A stretch of DNA of 61,783 nucleotides from Bdellovibrionales bacterium (GTDB lineage Bacteria; Bdellovibrionota; Bdellovibrionia; Bdellovibrionales; UBA1609): positions 1-61,783 of the forward strand of contig JAKUPT010000009.1 of NCBI GenBank assembly GCA_022450595.1. Direction: 5' to 3'. The notes under the pieces were generated by a model. It did no database searches and was not told where the DNA came from. It saw nothing but the letters and a program-made list of their open reading frames with translations. The translations under genes and the position numbers were made by a program. This document shows, piece by piece, positions 1-9,055 of this stretch. Each line of letters opens with the position of its first letter. The stretch's first letter is position 1.

Positions 1-404
1 TGTATACAGACTATGCCTTATATGAACACCTAGCTAAATCACAAAACCCATGGGCTAAAAGAATAACTGAGAGAAGGCCCTTTAAAATGCTGTTTGAGCT
101 ACATTCAACAAAAGACAATCCAAGACCTGAGATTATGAAAAGCACTCTCGAGGACAACGGAATTGAAACAATACTTGCCAATTCCAGAGCCAGATTGAGT
201 AATTATCATTCCAGTTCTGCCGAGGAGAAGTTCTTTCAGATCTATGTGGTGGACCAATATGACAAAATTGAACCTCCATATCCCATCGAGGAAAGCACAG
301 AAATCTTTCAAAAGTATGAGGAAATTCGACGAATTGAAAGATTGTATGTTGCCCCAGAGAATTTTCAAAGGGCTGAAGATATTATCTATTCAAATAAGCT
401 TTAA
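1..404 (+). CDS. C-terminal part of an HD-superfamily phosphohydrolase (5'-partial)
   Basis: Frame is open from the window edge (YTDYALYEHLAKSQNPWAKRITERRPFKMLFE...). The TD...R.PFK pattern resembles the C-terminal half of HD/dNTPase-like proteins; the HD motif itself is not in the window. Confidence 0.5.
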   Translation, partial: YTDYALYEHLAKSQNPWAKRITERRPFKMLFELHSTKDNPRPEIMKSTLEDNGIETILANSRARLSNYHSSSAEEKFFQIYVVDQYDKIEPPYPIEESTEIFQKYEEIRRIERLYVAPENFQRAEDIIYSNKL

Positions 405-565
405 ATATATTTTAATTAATATATTGTATCTAGCTTATTATCTTTAAAAAAACGTCAAAAGTTTAAACAGCTGTTCAATTGTTGGTGCTGAAATAAAATC
501 TATGATGATTTCAACAGATAATATTGAGTCCGAGATTTGCATCATAAATGTTGTGGAGGGGGATT

Positions 566-1396
566 ATGAAAACAATATATATATTTATCAGCTTGGTTTT
601 TTTAGGCTTTATTTTCCAGAATTGTTCTGGGGTTGAATTTTCACAGATTGATCCTGTATCAGCTGCAAAAATTGATGATGAAACCTTAGTTGGGGCTGAA
701 GATGATTTGTGCCCATTAGGGGAGCCCGATTGTGAAGATTATGAGCCTATTCCAGAACCTATAGTTGGTTGTGATAGAAAAGTCTTTAACACAGTCACTC
801 CTGATAACCTAGGCGACTCTAGAGTGATATCAAATATCAGGTCCGCACAAACAAATGTTTCTGATCCGATCAGTTCATTAGTGGCCAATAATATTAGAGG
901 AGCTTTAAATGTAAATTATGCTGAAAATCTAACAGTGAATAATTTAAGGGGAGAACTGACTTTTAGTGCAGGATCTGTCAATCATTTGCATAACACGCGA
1001 GGCTCGATTGAGGGTGGTTCTACATATATCAGTACTATTAGAAACACTAGAGGGAATATTACAATTGGAGCAGATCAGGTTGGTAATATCATGAATACTC
1101 GAGGAAGTGTTTGTTTGCATTTAAATCAATTACAATCTCTTCAAAACATCAGAGGATCTATTGATATATTAAGCAGCAATACCGGAAATGATTCAAGTGT
1201 TGGATCTATAAGAAATGTACGCGGTAATGCTCTGATCAACGGTGTTAATGTGGGAACTCTTCAAAATTTTCGAGGGAATTTAATAATAAAAGATGCTGTT
1301 ATTGAAAACCTTCAAAATTTTAGAGGAAATATTCGACTGATTAACAGTCAAATTATAAATGAATCTAACCGTAGAGGAAACATTACTGTAGAGTAA
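566..1396 (+). CDS. Lipoprotein with ~11 tandem 17-aa NxRG repeats (predicted beta-solenoid)
   Basis: GGAGGGGG RBS before ATG 566; signal peptide ending FIFQNC (lipobox); repeats such as VNHLHNTRGSIEGGSTY / ISTIRNTRGNITIGADQ / VGTLQNFRGNLIIKDAV. Confidence 0.8.
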   Translation: MKTIYIFISLVFLGFIFQNCSGVEFSQIDPVSAAKIDDETLVGAEDDLCPLGEPDCEDYEPIPEPIVGCDRKVFNTVTPDNLGDSRVISNIRSAQTNVSDPISSLVANNIRGALNVNYAENLTVNNLRGELTFSAGSVNHLHNTRGSIEGGSTYISTIRNTRGNITIGADQVGNIMNTRGSVCLHLNQLQSLQNIRGSIDILSSNTGNDSSVGSIRNVRGNALINGVNVGTLQNFRGNLIIKDAVIENLQNFRGNIRLINSQIINESNRRGNITVE

Positions 1397-1408
1397 ATTT
1401 TAAAAATA

Positions 1409-1457
1409 AAAACAAAAAAAAGACGCTTTATTATAAAAAGCGTCTTTTTTTTGTTTT
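1409..1457. terminator. Rho-independent terminator (bidirectional-type hairpin)
   Basis: Perfect 21-bp inverted repeat AAAACAAAAAAAAGACGCTTT / AAAGCGTCTTTTTTTTGTTTT just after the stop at 1396. Confidence 0.85.
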
Positions 1458-1483
1458 GTGCCTAAAGAATTGCATGGTTTAAT

Positions 1484-1530
1484 CTAAGCACTAAGCACTA
1501 AGCACTAAGCACTAAGCACTAAGCACTAAG
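1484..1530. repeat. Heptamer tandem repeat (CTAAGCA) x6 plus a partial copy
   Basis: Read directly: six perfect CTAAGCA units followed by CTAAG. Confidence 0.95.
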
Positions 1531-1627
1531 ACATGTCTCAGAATAATACGTATTTAAAACTGAATTCACTAAAAAATAGACAGGTGTTAGGTTTTAACCG
1601 TTCTAAACAAAGCTAGTTATTGTAGAG

Positions 1628-1644
1628 CTGGTCTGTTATTTGCT
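1628..1644 (+). promoter_or_regulatory. Candidate sigma54 -24/-12 promoter
   Basis: CTGGTCTGTTATTTGCT: GG-N10-GC spacing with TTTGC at -12, ending 14-20 nt before the ATGs at 1658/1664. Confidence 0.5.
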
Positions 1645-1663
1645 TCTTTTAATATGTATGAAT

Positions 1664-2314
1664 ATGAAAAAATACAATGCACTTACAGTTTTATGCTTTA
1701 GCTTTTGTGGCCTACAATTAAATCAAGCCGCAGTATTGCCAATGTCTATTGTTATCAAGCAAGAGACACAAAAGACCTTAGATAAACAAAATATTGCCAA
1801 AGTAAAAAATATTAACTTTAACTGCCGTTTAAACTTAAATAATTCTAATCTTTCAGAAAAACTTTGGAAAAATAAAAAACAACTGAATTTTCATTTTGTG
1901 TCAGGTATTTCTACGAAATTAAATAATTATCGAAATTCTTATAACTTTGAAAAATATTTACCTCATAGTAATTCTCAGATCACAAGCGAGAAAATCGTAG
2001 AGAAGGTTGGTTTGGGGTATCTGGAGGATGTTTTTTCATTAAGAGAATTTAAAGACTCTGTAGAAAGAGTTCAGCCATCTTTTTCAAAATCATCAAGTGA
2101 TAGTTCAATTGGTTTTAAAATTGACACATTTCAAACACAAGCCAGTGCCACATATAAATCAAGTTTTGAGGCTAAAGTGGTATTGGACTTTAATATAAAA
2201 AACTCTGAAGTGGTATTTTCAAAGCCAATTTCTAAAAACACTTCGCTGTCTTTCAACTTACAAAATACAGATGTAGACAGTCGTCAGACGGTTAATTTAG
2301 CCCTTGCTTGGTGA
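1664..2314 (+). CDS. Hypothetical exported protein
   Basis: ORF with an N-terminal MKKYNALTVLCFSF signal-like segment, a beta-strand-rich C-terminus and terminal Trp; start uncertain (1658 or 1664). Confidence 0.6.
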   Translation: MKKYNALTVLCFSFCGLQLNQAAVLPMSIVIKQETQKTLDKQNIAKVKNINFNCRLNLNNSNLSEKLWKNKKQLNFHFVSGISTKLNNYRNSYNFEKYLPHSNSQITSEKIVEKVGLGYLEDVFSLREFKDSVERVQPSFSKSSSDSSIGFKIDTFQTQASATYKSSFEAKVVLDFNIKNSEVVFSKPISKNTSLSFNLQNTDVDSRQTVNLALAW

Positions 2315-3571
2315 TAATAACTTTTTACCAATATCTTTTCTGAACTGATAGTTTTTCCATTGGATGTATTGTGCTTGTTTGTAAGCATTTTCAATAGCTT
2401 GTTGTAAGCTATCTCCAATACCAACCGAGTTGATCACTCTACCTCCGTTAGTATAAAACTTATTATCTTGATCTTTTTTTATTCCGGCATATAAAAAGTA
2501 AGAAGAGGGGGTTTCATGTGTAATATCTCCCTCAATAGGCACTCCTTTGACTGGATTTTCTGGATATCCTTCAGCCGCAAGCACGACACAAGCTGAGTAT
2601 AAAGGCTTCCATTTGAGCGTTGGGCAATCGCCGGAAGCAATGCTTTTAAACACTTCAGCCCAATCACCATTTAATAGTGGAAGTATACACTGGAGTTCAG
2701 GGTCTCCAAAACGCACATTGTATTCGATTACTTTTGGCCCCTGTTCAGTTACCATGAGGCCAATAAACAAGACGCCGTTATATTCAAAATCGGATTGATT
2801 TTGAATGCCCTCAAGTGTTGGTATAACAATCTTTTGAGCTATATCATCTTTTAGTGATGAATGAATGTTCACAGGCCCTGCGGTTCCCATCCCTCCTGTG
2901 TTTGGACCAAGGTCTTCATCTAATAATCTTTTGTGATCTTGAATAAAAGGGAGGATTTGAAAACGTTGTCCATTAGTTAAAACCAAACATGAGAGTTCAT
3001 AGCCTTCAAGATGTTGTTCCAGTAGGGCTGTTGTTCCAGCCTCTCCAAAAATGTTTTTGTTAAAGTAATTGTCTGCTTGGACAAGTAACTCCTCTTTAGT
3101 ATTGCATATAGCAACACCTTTGCCTGCAGCTAAACCATCAGCCTTTAAAACATAAGGAGCTTGGAATTGATCCATTGATTCTTCAATGTTTTGCACAGAT
3201 TTTACAGTCACGGACTTGGCTGTAGGAATTTTATGTTTATTCATAAAGTTTTTAGCAAAGATTTTACTGCCTTCAAGTTGAGCTGCGGCTTTATTGGGAC
3301 CAAATACGGGGATGTTATTGATCTTAAGGATATCACTAATGCCATCACACAGTGGTTGCTCTGGTCCAACAACAACAAGGTTTATTTGTTTTTGTTTTAC
3401 AAATGTTTGAAGCTCTTCTGGATTTTGTAAGTTGATTTGATGACAAAGAGCATGCATTTGAATTCCATCATTTCCTGGAATGACATGAATTTGAATCACA
3501 TCTGGTGACTGTAATAATGCCTTTACTAAAGCATGTTCTCTTCCGCCTGAGCCAAGGATAAGTACATTCAC
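2297..3571 (-). CDS. purD: Phosphoribosylamine--glycine ligase
   Basis: ILGSGGREHAL, VVVGPEQPL, LEGSK, KADGLAAGKGV, GPNTGGMG and EYNVRFGDPE motifs; GTG start at 3571 with an AGGGG RBS. Confidence 0.97.
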   Translation of the reverse strand: MNVLILGSGGREHALVKALLQSPDVIQIHVIPGNDGIQMHALCHQINLQNPEELQTFVKQKQINLVVVGPEQPLCDGISDILKINNIPVFGPNKAAAQLEGSKIFAKNFMNKHKIPTAKSVTVKSVQNIEESMDQFQAPYVLKADGLAAGKGVAICNTKEELLVQADNYFNKNIFGEAGTTALLEQHLEGYELSCLVLTNGQRFQILPFIQDHKRLLDEDLGPNTGGMGTAGPVNIHSSLKDDIAQKIVIPTLEGIQNQSDFEYNGVLFIGLMVTEQGPKVIEYNVRFGDPELQCILPLLNGDWAEVFKSIASGDCPTLKWKPLYSACVVLAAEGYPENPVKGVPIEGDITHETPSSYFLYAGIKKDQDNKFYTNGGRVINSVGIGDSLQQAIENAYKQAQYIQWKNYQFRKDIGKKLLSPSKG

Positions 3572-3682
3572 AAATGAACCCCTTTGTTTGAGTTGAGACA
3601 GTTTGTCCATATATTAGTTTTTTCTTTGTACGATATGATTTTATGTTAGTCTAGAAGCATTCGCAAAATAAGGAGCTTAATT

Positions 3683-4846
3683 GTGGACGCAAATATATTT
3701 GATTTTTATCAGATAGATGATTTTTTATCTGAAGAAGAGAAAATGATCAGGCATGAAGTTAAAAAATTTGTAGATCAAGAGATTATGCCTAATATCTCTC
3801 AGTGGCATATAGATGGACACTTTCCAAAACACTTAATTAAACAGTTTGCGGAGTTAGGACTTTTGGGTTCATCAATTCAAGGCTATGATTGCCCCGGTCT
3901 TTCATACACCGCTTATGGTGTTATTATGCAAGAGATTGAACGGGCCGATAGTGGCCTAAGAAGTTTTACAAGTGTTCAAAGCTCACTGTGTATGTACCCT
4001 ATATTTAAGTTTGCAACTGAGGAGATTAAAAAACAATACTTGCCAAAGATGGCTAAAGGGGAGCTTATTGGTTGCTTTGGGTTAACTGAACCCGATTATG
4101 GTTCAAACCCTTCTGGTATGCTCACTCGCGCTAAAAAAGAGGGAAGTCATTATATTTTAAACGGAAACAAAATGTGGATAACCAATGGGGATATTGCCGA
4201 CCTTGCCATTGTTTGGGCAAAAGGTGATGATAATAAAATTATTGGGTTGGTCGTAGATAAGGATCTGCCGGGATTTAAAACTCAAACTATTGATAAAAAA
4301 TACAGTTTAAGAGCCTCTAACACTTCAGAACTAATTTTTGAAAACTGTAAAGTGCCAGCATCTCATGTGCTTGATGTGAAGGGCCTTAAGGGACCCTTTA
4401 GTTGCTTAAATATGGCGCGATATGGAATCTCCTGGGGAAGTATTGGCGCCGCACAAGCTTGTTTTGAAGAAGCTTTGAATTATTCCAAGACCAGAATTCA
4501 ATTTGATAAACCTATTGCTGGTTTTCAGCTGGTACAGGCTAAGCTTGTCAAAATGTTTACTGAAATAACAAAAATGCAACTCTTGTCGTGGCGCTTAGGA
4601 GGTCTGTTAGATCGCTCTCAGTGGATTCCTCAGCAAATCTCCATGGCAAAAATGAATAACGTCTCAAATGCATTAGAAATTGCTAGAAACTGTAGAGATA
4701 TTTTAGGAGCCAATGGAATCACTCATGAGTACCACGTTGGTCGTCATATGATGAATTTAGAGAGCGTAAACACTTATGAGGGCACAGAGGACATTCACAG
4801 GCTCATTCTGGGGCAATATATCACAGGACTGCCAGCATTTAGCTAA
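3683..4846 (+). CDS. gcdH: Acyl-CoA dehydrogenase, glutaryl-CoA dehydrogenase-like
   Basis: GCFGLTEPDYGSNP, NGNKMWITNG, ARYGISWG and RHMMNLESVNTYEGT motifs; AAGGAG RBS. Confidence 0.8.
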   Translation: MDANIFDFYQIDDFLSEEEKMIRHEVKKFVDQEIMPNISQWHIDGHFPKHLIKQFAELGLLGSSIQGYDCPGLSYTAYGVIMQEIERADSGLRSFTSVQSSLCMYPIFKFATEEIKKQYLPKMAKGELIGCFGLTEPDYGSNPSGMLTRAKKEGSHYILNGNKMWITNGDIADLAIVWAKGDDNKIIGLVVDKDLPGFKTQTIDKKYSLRASNTSELIFENCKVPASHVLDVKGLKGPFSCLNMARYGISWGSIGAAQACFEEALNYSKTRIQFDKPIAGFQLVQAKLVKMFTEITKMQLLSWRLGGLLDRSQWIPQQISMAKMNNVSNALEIARNCRDILGANGITHEYHVGRHMMNLESVNTYEGTEDIHRLILGQYITGLPAFS

Positions 4847-4900
4847 GCGTCAAGAACAAGCATTGCATTCTTGGTGAGCCTGGTTTTAAATTTACCAGTT

Positions 4901-5365
4901 ATGAAGTGGCTGTTGATGAATATTATAGTTGTGAAGTTGATGCTTCTTTTGTCAGTTCCTTTGTGGGCTTATAATGAAGAGTATAAGTGTAAGTTTTTAA
5001 GGCAAGGCAAGGGAGCGCCTCGTCCTGATTCTGTGAGGCTTTTTTACAATCCTCTTGAAGTCTCACGGATTGATTGGTCTCGACTTTATTATAACGAGTC
5101 ATTTGCGGCAAAAAATATTTATCTACATAATGACACTTTTATATCATCAACTCTTTTGGAATACGGAAAAGAACCAATACGTGCTGTTAAAGTCTCAGCC
5201 AATGATCCCTTGGCTATGAATTTTATGCGCTTTATTATTTTATTAGATTCTGTAAAAGCAAAAAGTATTATTTCAGGTGTGTGGATATTGACTTCAAAGG
5301 AAGGGTTTTTTGCTGAAGAGGTTGTAATAGCTAAAGAAAATTTAAATTGTAAAAGGTTAAATTAA
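4901..5365 (+). CDS. Hypothetical exported protein
   Basis: ORF with a hydrophobic N-terminus ending VPLWA; no recognisable family; start uncertain. Confidence 0.55.
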   Translation: MKWLLMNIIVVKLMLLLSVPLWAYNEEYKCKFLRQGKGAPRPDSVRLFYNPLEVSRIDWSRLYYNESFAAKNIYLHNDTFISSTLLEYGKEPIRAVKVSANDPLAMNFMRFIILLDSVKAKSIISGVWILTSKEGFFAEEVVIAKENLNCKRLN

Positions 5366-7506
5366 CTACTTTTCTTTTTTTTCAGATAATTTTTAATATT
5401 TTCATTTAAAAAGTTTTGAGCTCTATATTTAACAAGGTTTTGTTTTTGTGAAGCTGGGACGTGCATTTCCTTAAAGCCACTGCTTAAAAGTTTTTGTTTT
5501 TGGTTGGAAAAAAGCTTTCCACCCTGTTTAGTTATCTTTATATATTTATCATTTCGCGCGAGGTAAATGTATAAATCAAATTCAATGGGCAGATCTTCAA
5601 ATATGCTGTCTATTGATAAACAAAGCATATCTTCACTTTCTCTAATAAATAGTGGATGCTTAACTTCTTGGCTTTCAAAAAAAGCCATGCCGATCTCTTC
5701 GCCTTGATGAATAGACCTCCTAAAAAACTCAGCCTCTTCTTCGCCCCACTCGGAGTAGTTAATTTTATGCACATTTATATCTAAATCATTTTGGTCATAT
5801 ATATGTTCTCCTTTAGACTCTAAAAAATCCATGACCCTTGTTTTTATCTTTTTTATAAACTCATCATCTAAATGATTGTCAGATGAGCCAGCAGCTAAAA
5901 GGTAGCCGTTGTATCTTTGACTGTTTACACTGATGCAAGAGAAGTTAGAGTTTTCATCTAGAGGAGCTACATTCGTGTTATTTCCAAACTCTGTTGAGCT
6001 GTTTAAGGCCTCTTGTGTGGCTTGTTCTAGCACTGATTTATATAATCCAGCGCCTTTTTTATTTTTTTTGAAATTTGATAATTGATTGTTTTTATTAGCT
6101 GAAGAGTTGTTGTTTTGATTTAAAACATCAGTGCCCTTGCGCTCATTTTTATTAATGATTCCATTATTTTTATTGTTGCTTTTTTTATCAGAGCTAGCAC
6201 CATTTTGATTTTTGTCTTTTCTTGCGCTAGTCTTTGTATTGTTATTGTCGCGTTGACGTGAAAATGGATTTTCCAAAGAATTGGATGATTCATCAGAATT
6301 ATTTTTTGTTTTATTTTTTTTAGAGTTCTTATCCTTTGCTCCACTCTCTTTCGCTTCTAATGCTTCCCATCTATTTTGATTTTTGCTCTGAGTATTTTGA
6401 GAGTTTTCTTTTTTCTTTTTACTTGAAGCTGACTTATTTTTATCAGATTTTGAAGCTTCGTTAATGCTAGAGTCGGAGGAGCTTTTTTTATCCGAACTGC
6501 TTAAGTTGTTTTTATTTTTCTTTTTTGAAGTTTTCTGAGACAAAGAGTTATCTTTTGAAGTAGCTTTGTCTTGATCGGTACGGCTAGAGTCCTTTTTATC
6601 TTTGTCTTTTGTTAAAGCATGACTGTTTTTATTGGAGTCATTATCTTTATTTGATGAGAGGGTGTTGGCCGTTTTGTCATTTGCTTTTTGACTTTTATGA
6701 CTATTTTCTTTTTCACTTTTTGATTGGCTATAAGAGCCAGTTTGTTTGCTTTGCTCTGAATTTTGAGAGTAATCACTGGATCTTTGTTTGTCTTTTGAGT
6801 TTTGATGGTTGTAATTTGATTTGTGGTCACTATCTTCTGAAAAACTAGAGTTGCCGCGAGAATCACTTTTCTTGGCGTCTTGAGCTATGTGAGCATTTCC
6901 TTGATTTTGTTTATCTTGGTTAATAATAACTTTAGAATTATCACCTTTATCAGAACCAAATCTTTGATGATAATTTCCGTTATCTTTATTGGAGTTTTTT
7001 ATACTAATGACGTCTGAATCACTCTGGTTGTAATATGAATTTCTTTTTTTCTCGTCTTCTGGTGATTGATTCTTTTTACGCTCTTCATCTAGGTTTATTT
7101 TATGAACCATTCTTTCAATCATTGGACCGCTAATGGGTGGCATGAGAGTGTATGGGTGGTCCATACTGCGAAGCTTATGCAGTGATTTGCTGGAATGACT
7201 TTCTGCAAACACGATTACTTTTACTGGAAATGTTTGCATTAAAAGTTTTGGCAATTGATCCACTTTAGAGTTGCTATGATCAACTGTGACCATGACATAA
7301 GTAGGTTTTTTATTTAATATAAAGACCATGGCTTGCCTGAGGTCATCCGAGCTCCCAAGCTCCCAATCTCTATTTTTAAGATAGTTTTCCGCATTGATAA
7401 GCCCGTACTTATCACTTTTGATAATAAATAGCGATTTTTTAGGCTCGTCCTCTGTTTCTTGAGGAGCCTCTTTCTGCTCTTGCAAGTTGTCTCCCGATTG
7501 AGACAA
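5362..7506 (-). CDS. Hypothetical protein: degenerate receiver-like N-terminus, long low-complexity K/N/S/D linker, globular C-terminus
   Basis: 714-aa ORF; residues ~140-490 are hydrophilic and low-complexity; immediately downstream of the NtrC-family gene on the same strand. Confidence 0.75.
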   Translation of the reverse strand: MSQSGDNLQEQKEAPQETEDEPKKSLFIIKSDKYGLINAENYLKNRDWELGSSDDLRQAMVFILNKKPTYVMVTVDHSNSKVDQLPKLLMQTFPVKVIVFAESHSSKSLHKLRSMDHPYTLMPPISGPMIERMVHKINLDEERKKNQSPEDEKKRNSYYNQSDSDVISIKNSNKDNGNYHQRFGSDKGDNSKVIINQDKQNQGNAHIAQDAKKSDSRGNSSFSEDSDHKSNYNHQNSKDKQRSSDYSQNSEQSKQTGSYSQSKSEKENSHKSQKANDKTANTLSSNKDNDSNKNSHALTKDKDKKDSSRTDQDKATSKDNSLSQKTSKKKNKNNLSSSDKKSSSDSSINEASKSDKNKSASSKKKKENSQNTQSKNQNRWEALEAKESGAKDKNSKKNKTKNNSDESSNSLENPFSRQRDNNNTKTSARKDKNQNGASSDKKSNNKNNGIINKNERKGTDVLNQNNNSSANKNNQLSNFKKNKKGAGLYKSVLEQATQEALNSSTEFGNNTNVAPLDENSNFSCISVNSQRYNGYLLAAGSSDNHLDDEFIKKIKTRVMDFLESKGEHIYDQNDLDINVHKINYSEWGEEEAEFFRRSIHQGEEIGMAFFESQEVKHPLFIRESEDMLCLSIDSIFEDLPIEFDLYIYLARNDKYIKITKQGGKLFSNQKQKLLSSGFKEMHVPASQKQNLVKYRAQNFLNENIKNYLKKKKSS

Positions 7507-7512
7507 TGAAAC

Positions 7513-8925
7513 TTATAGCATTAAATCAGTGGTTCCATTATCTGTTGGTTTCAAACCTTTTTTCTTAATCTTTTCAACCAGGGTGGTTCGATTCAGTTTG
7601 AGCAGTATAGCGGCTTGGTTCCTATTCCATCCTGTTTTTTCTAAAGCTTTTAAAATTAAAGCATTTTCATATCTATCTACAGCAGAGTTAAAGTCCATGC
7701 CAGATTCAGGAATGTCCACAGAGGAAGGGTTAAACTTTGTTTGACTACTGCCACGATATTTGACGGGCAAGTCACTGGCTTGAATCTCGCCACTGCCTTT
7801 AATAATTGTCAGGCGTTCTACAAGGTTCTCAAGTTCTCTAATGTTCCCAGGCCAGTTGTAATGAAATAACAGTTCCATGGCTTCATCACTGAAGCCTGAA
7901 ATTTTACGACCTCTTGTTTGATTAAAATCTTCAATAAAATGATTTAACAAAATTGGAATATCTGTCTGTCTTTCTCGAAGTGGGGGAATGTGAATTGGTA
8001 TAACATTTAATCTATAATAAAGATCTTCACGAAACTTCCCATTTTTAACAGCTTTTTCTAAATTAATGTTAGTCGCGGCAATAATTCGAGCATCGGCCTC
8101 AACAGTTTTAGTGCTACCGACGGGTTCATAAAGCTTTTCTTGTAAAACCCTTAAAAGTTTAACCTGAAGGCTAATGTCCATGTCTCCAATTTCATCTAAA
8201 AACAAAGTGCCTTTATTGGCGACTTCAAAGCGTCCCATACGGTTACTGAGTGCCCCTGTAAATGCACCTTTAACATGCCCAAACAGTTCACTTTCAAGCA
8301 GCTCTCTTGGAATAGCACCACAGTTTATTGGAACAAAGTTTTGTGAATCTCTATTAGAATTGTAGTGAATGGCTTTAGCTATCAACTCTTTACCGGTTCC
8401 ACTTTCACCAGTGATTAACACAGTTGCGTCTGAATCAGAGACTTTTTCTACAAGTTCTAAAACTTCCATGATTTGCGAACTTTGACCTACTATATTGTCA
8501 AAGCGGTATTTTTGATGAAGTGCAGTTCTGAGTTGCTTATTTTCCTGTTCAAGCTGTATGTGGTTTAAAGCTTTATGAACAAGACTAACAACTTCATCTA
8601 CATTAAATGGCTTTGTAATAAAATGATAAGCTCCTTTTTGAGTGGCCTCAACAGCAGCTTCGATAGAGCCAAAGCCCGTGAAGATAATTGACTGCATGTT
8701 AGGATGGCTTTTTTGTAGTCTTGTCATAAGTTCTATGCCATCGCCGTCAGGAAGTCTTAAGTCAATCAAGGAGAGATCAATATTGATACTTGATTGTAAA
8801 TAGGTTTCAGCTTCTGAGATGCAGCTTGAGGTGATAACTTGATAACCCTTTTTATCGAATAGGCGAAATAAAGCTGTTCTAAGTGTCGCATCATCGTCGA
8901 CAATTAGAATTTTTTGACGTTGCAT
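7513..8925 (-). CDS. Sigma54-dependent response regulator (NtrC family: REC-AAA+-Fis HTH)
   Basis: [45 protein letters not shown] and a C-terminal HTH; ATG 8925 with a GAAGGA RBS. Confidence 0.95.
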   Translation of the reverse strand: MQRQKILIVDDDATLRTALFRLFDKKGYQVITSSCISEAETYLQSSINIDLSLIDLRLPDGDGIELMTRLQKSHPNMQSIIFTGFGSIEAAVEATQKGAYHFITKPFNVDEVVSLVHKALNHIQLEQENKQLRTALHQKYRFDNIVGQSSQIMEVLELVEKVSDSDATVLITGESGTGKELIAKAIHYNSNRDSQNFVPINCGAIPRELLESELFGHVKGAFTGALSNRMGRFEVANKGTLFLDEIGDMDISLQVKLLRVLQEKLYEPVGSTKTVEADARIIAATNINLEKAVKNGKFREDLYYRLNVIPIHIPPLRERQTDIPILLNHFIEDFNQTRGRKISGFSDEAMELLFHYNWPGNIRELENLVERLTIIKGSGEIQASDLPVKYRGSSQTKFNPSSVDIPESGMDFNSAVDRYENALILKALEKTGWNRNQAAILLKLNRTTLVEKIKKKGLKPTDNGTTDLML

Positions 8926-9020
8926 AGAACATCCTTCATGGTTTAACAACTTCCTTCTTGGGAGTTGTGTCAAAAAATTGGTTTTTAAGTTTATGTGAAA
9001 ATCAAGCTGCTTACATTAAT

Positions 9021-9050
9021 ATGTTAGTTAAAGACTTGAGCAAGTGTCAA
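9021..9050 (-). promoter_or_regulatory. Candidate sigma70 promoter for the NtrC-family gene
   Basis: Minus strand TTGACA-N18-TAACAT. Confidence 0.45.
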
Positions 9051-9055
9051 ATTTT

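Noticed and set aside
6120..6866. Short alternative-frame ORFs inside the low-complexity gene
   Set aside because: By-products of biased composition within the 714-aa ORF.
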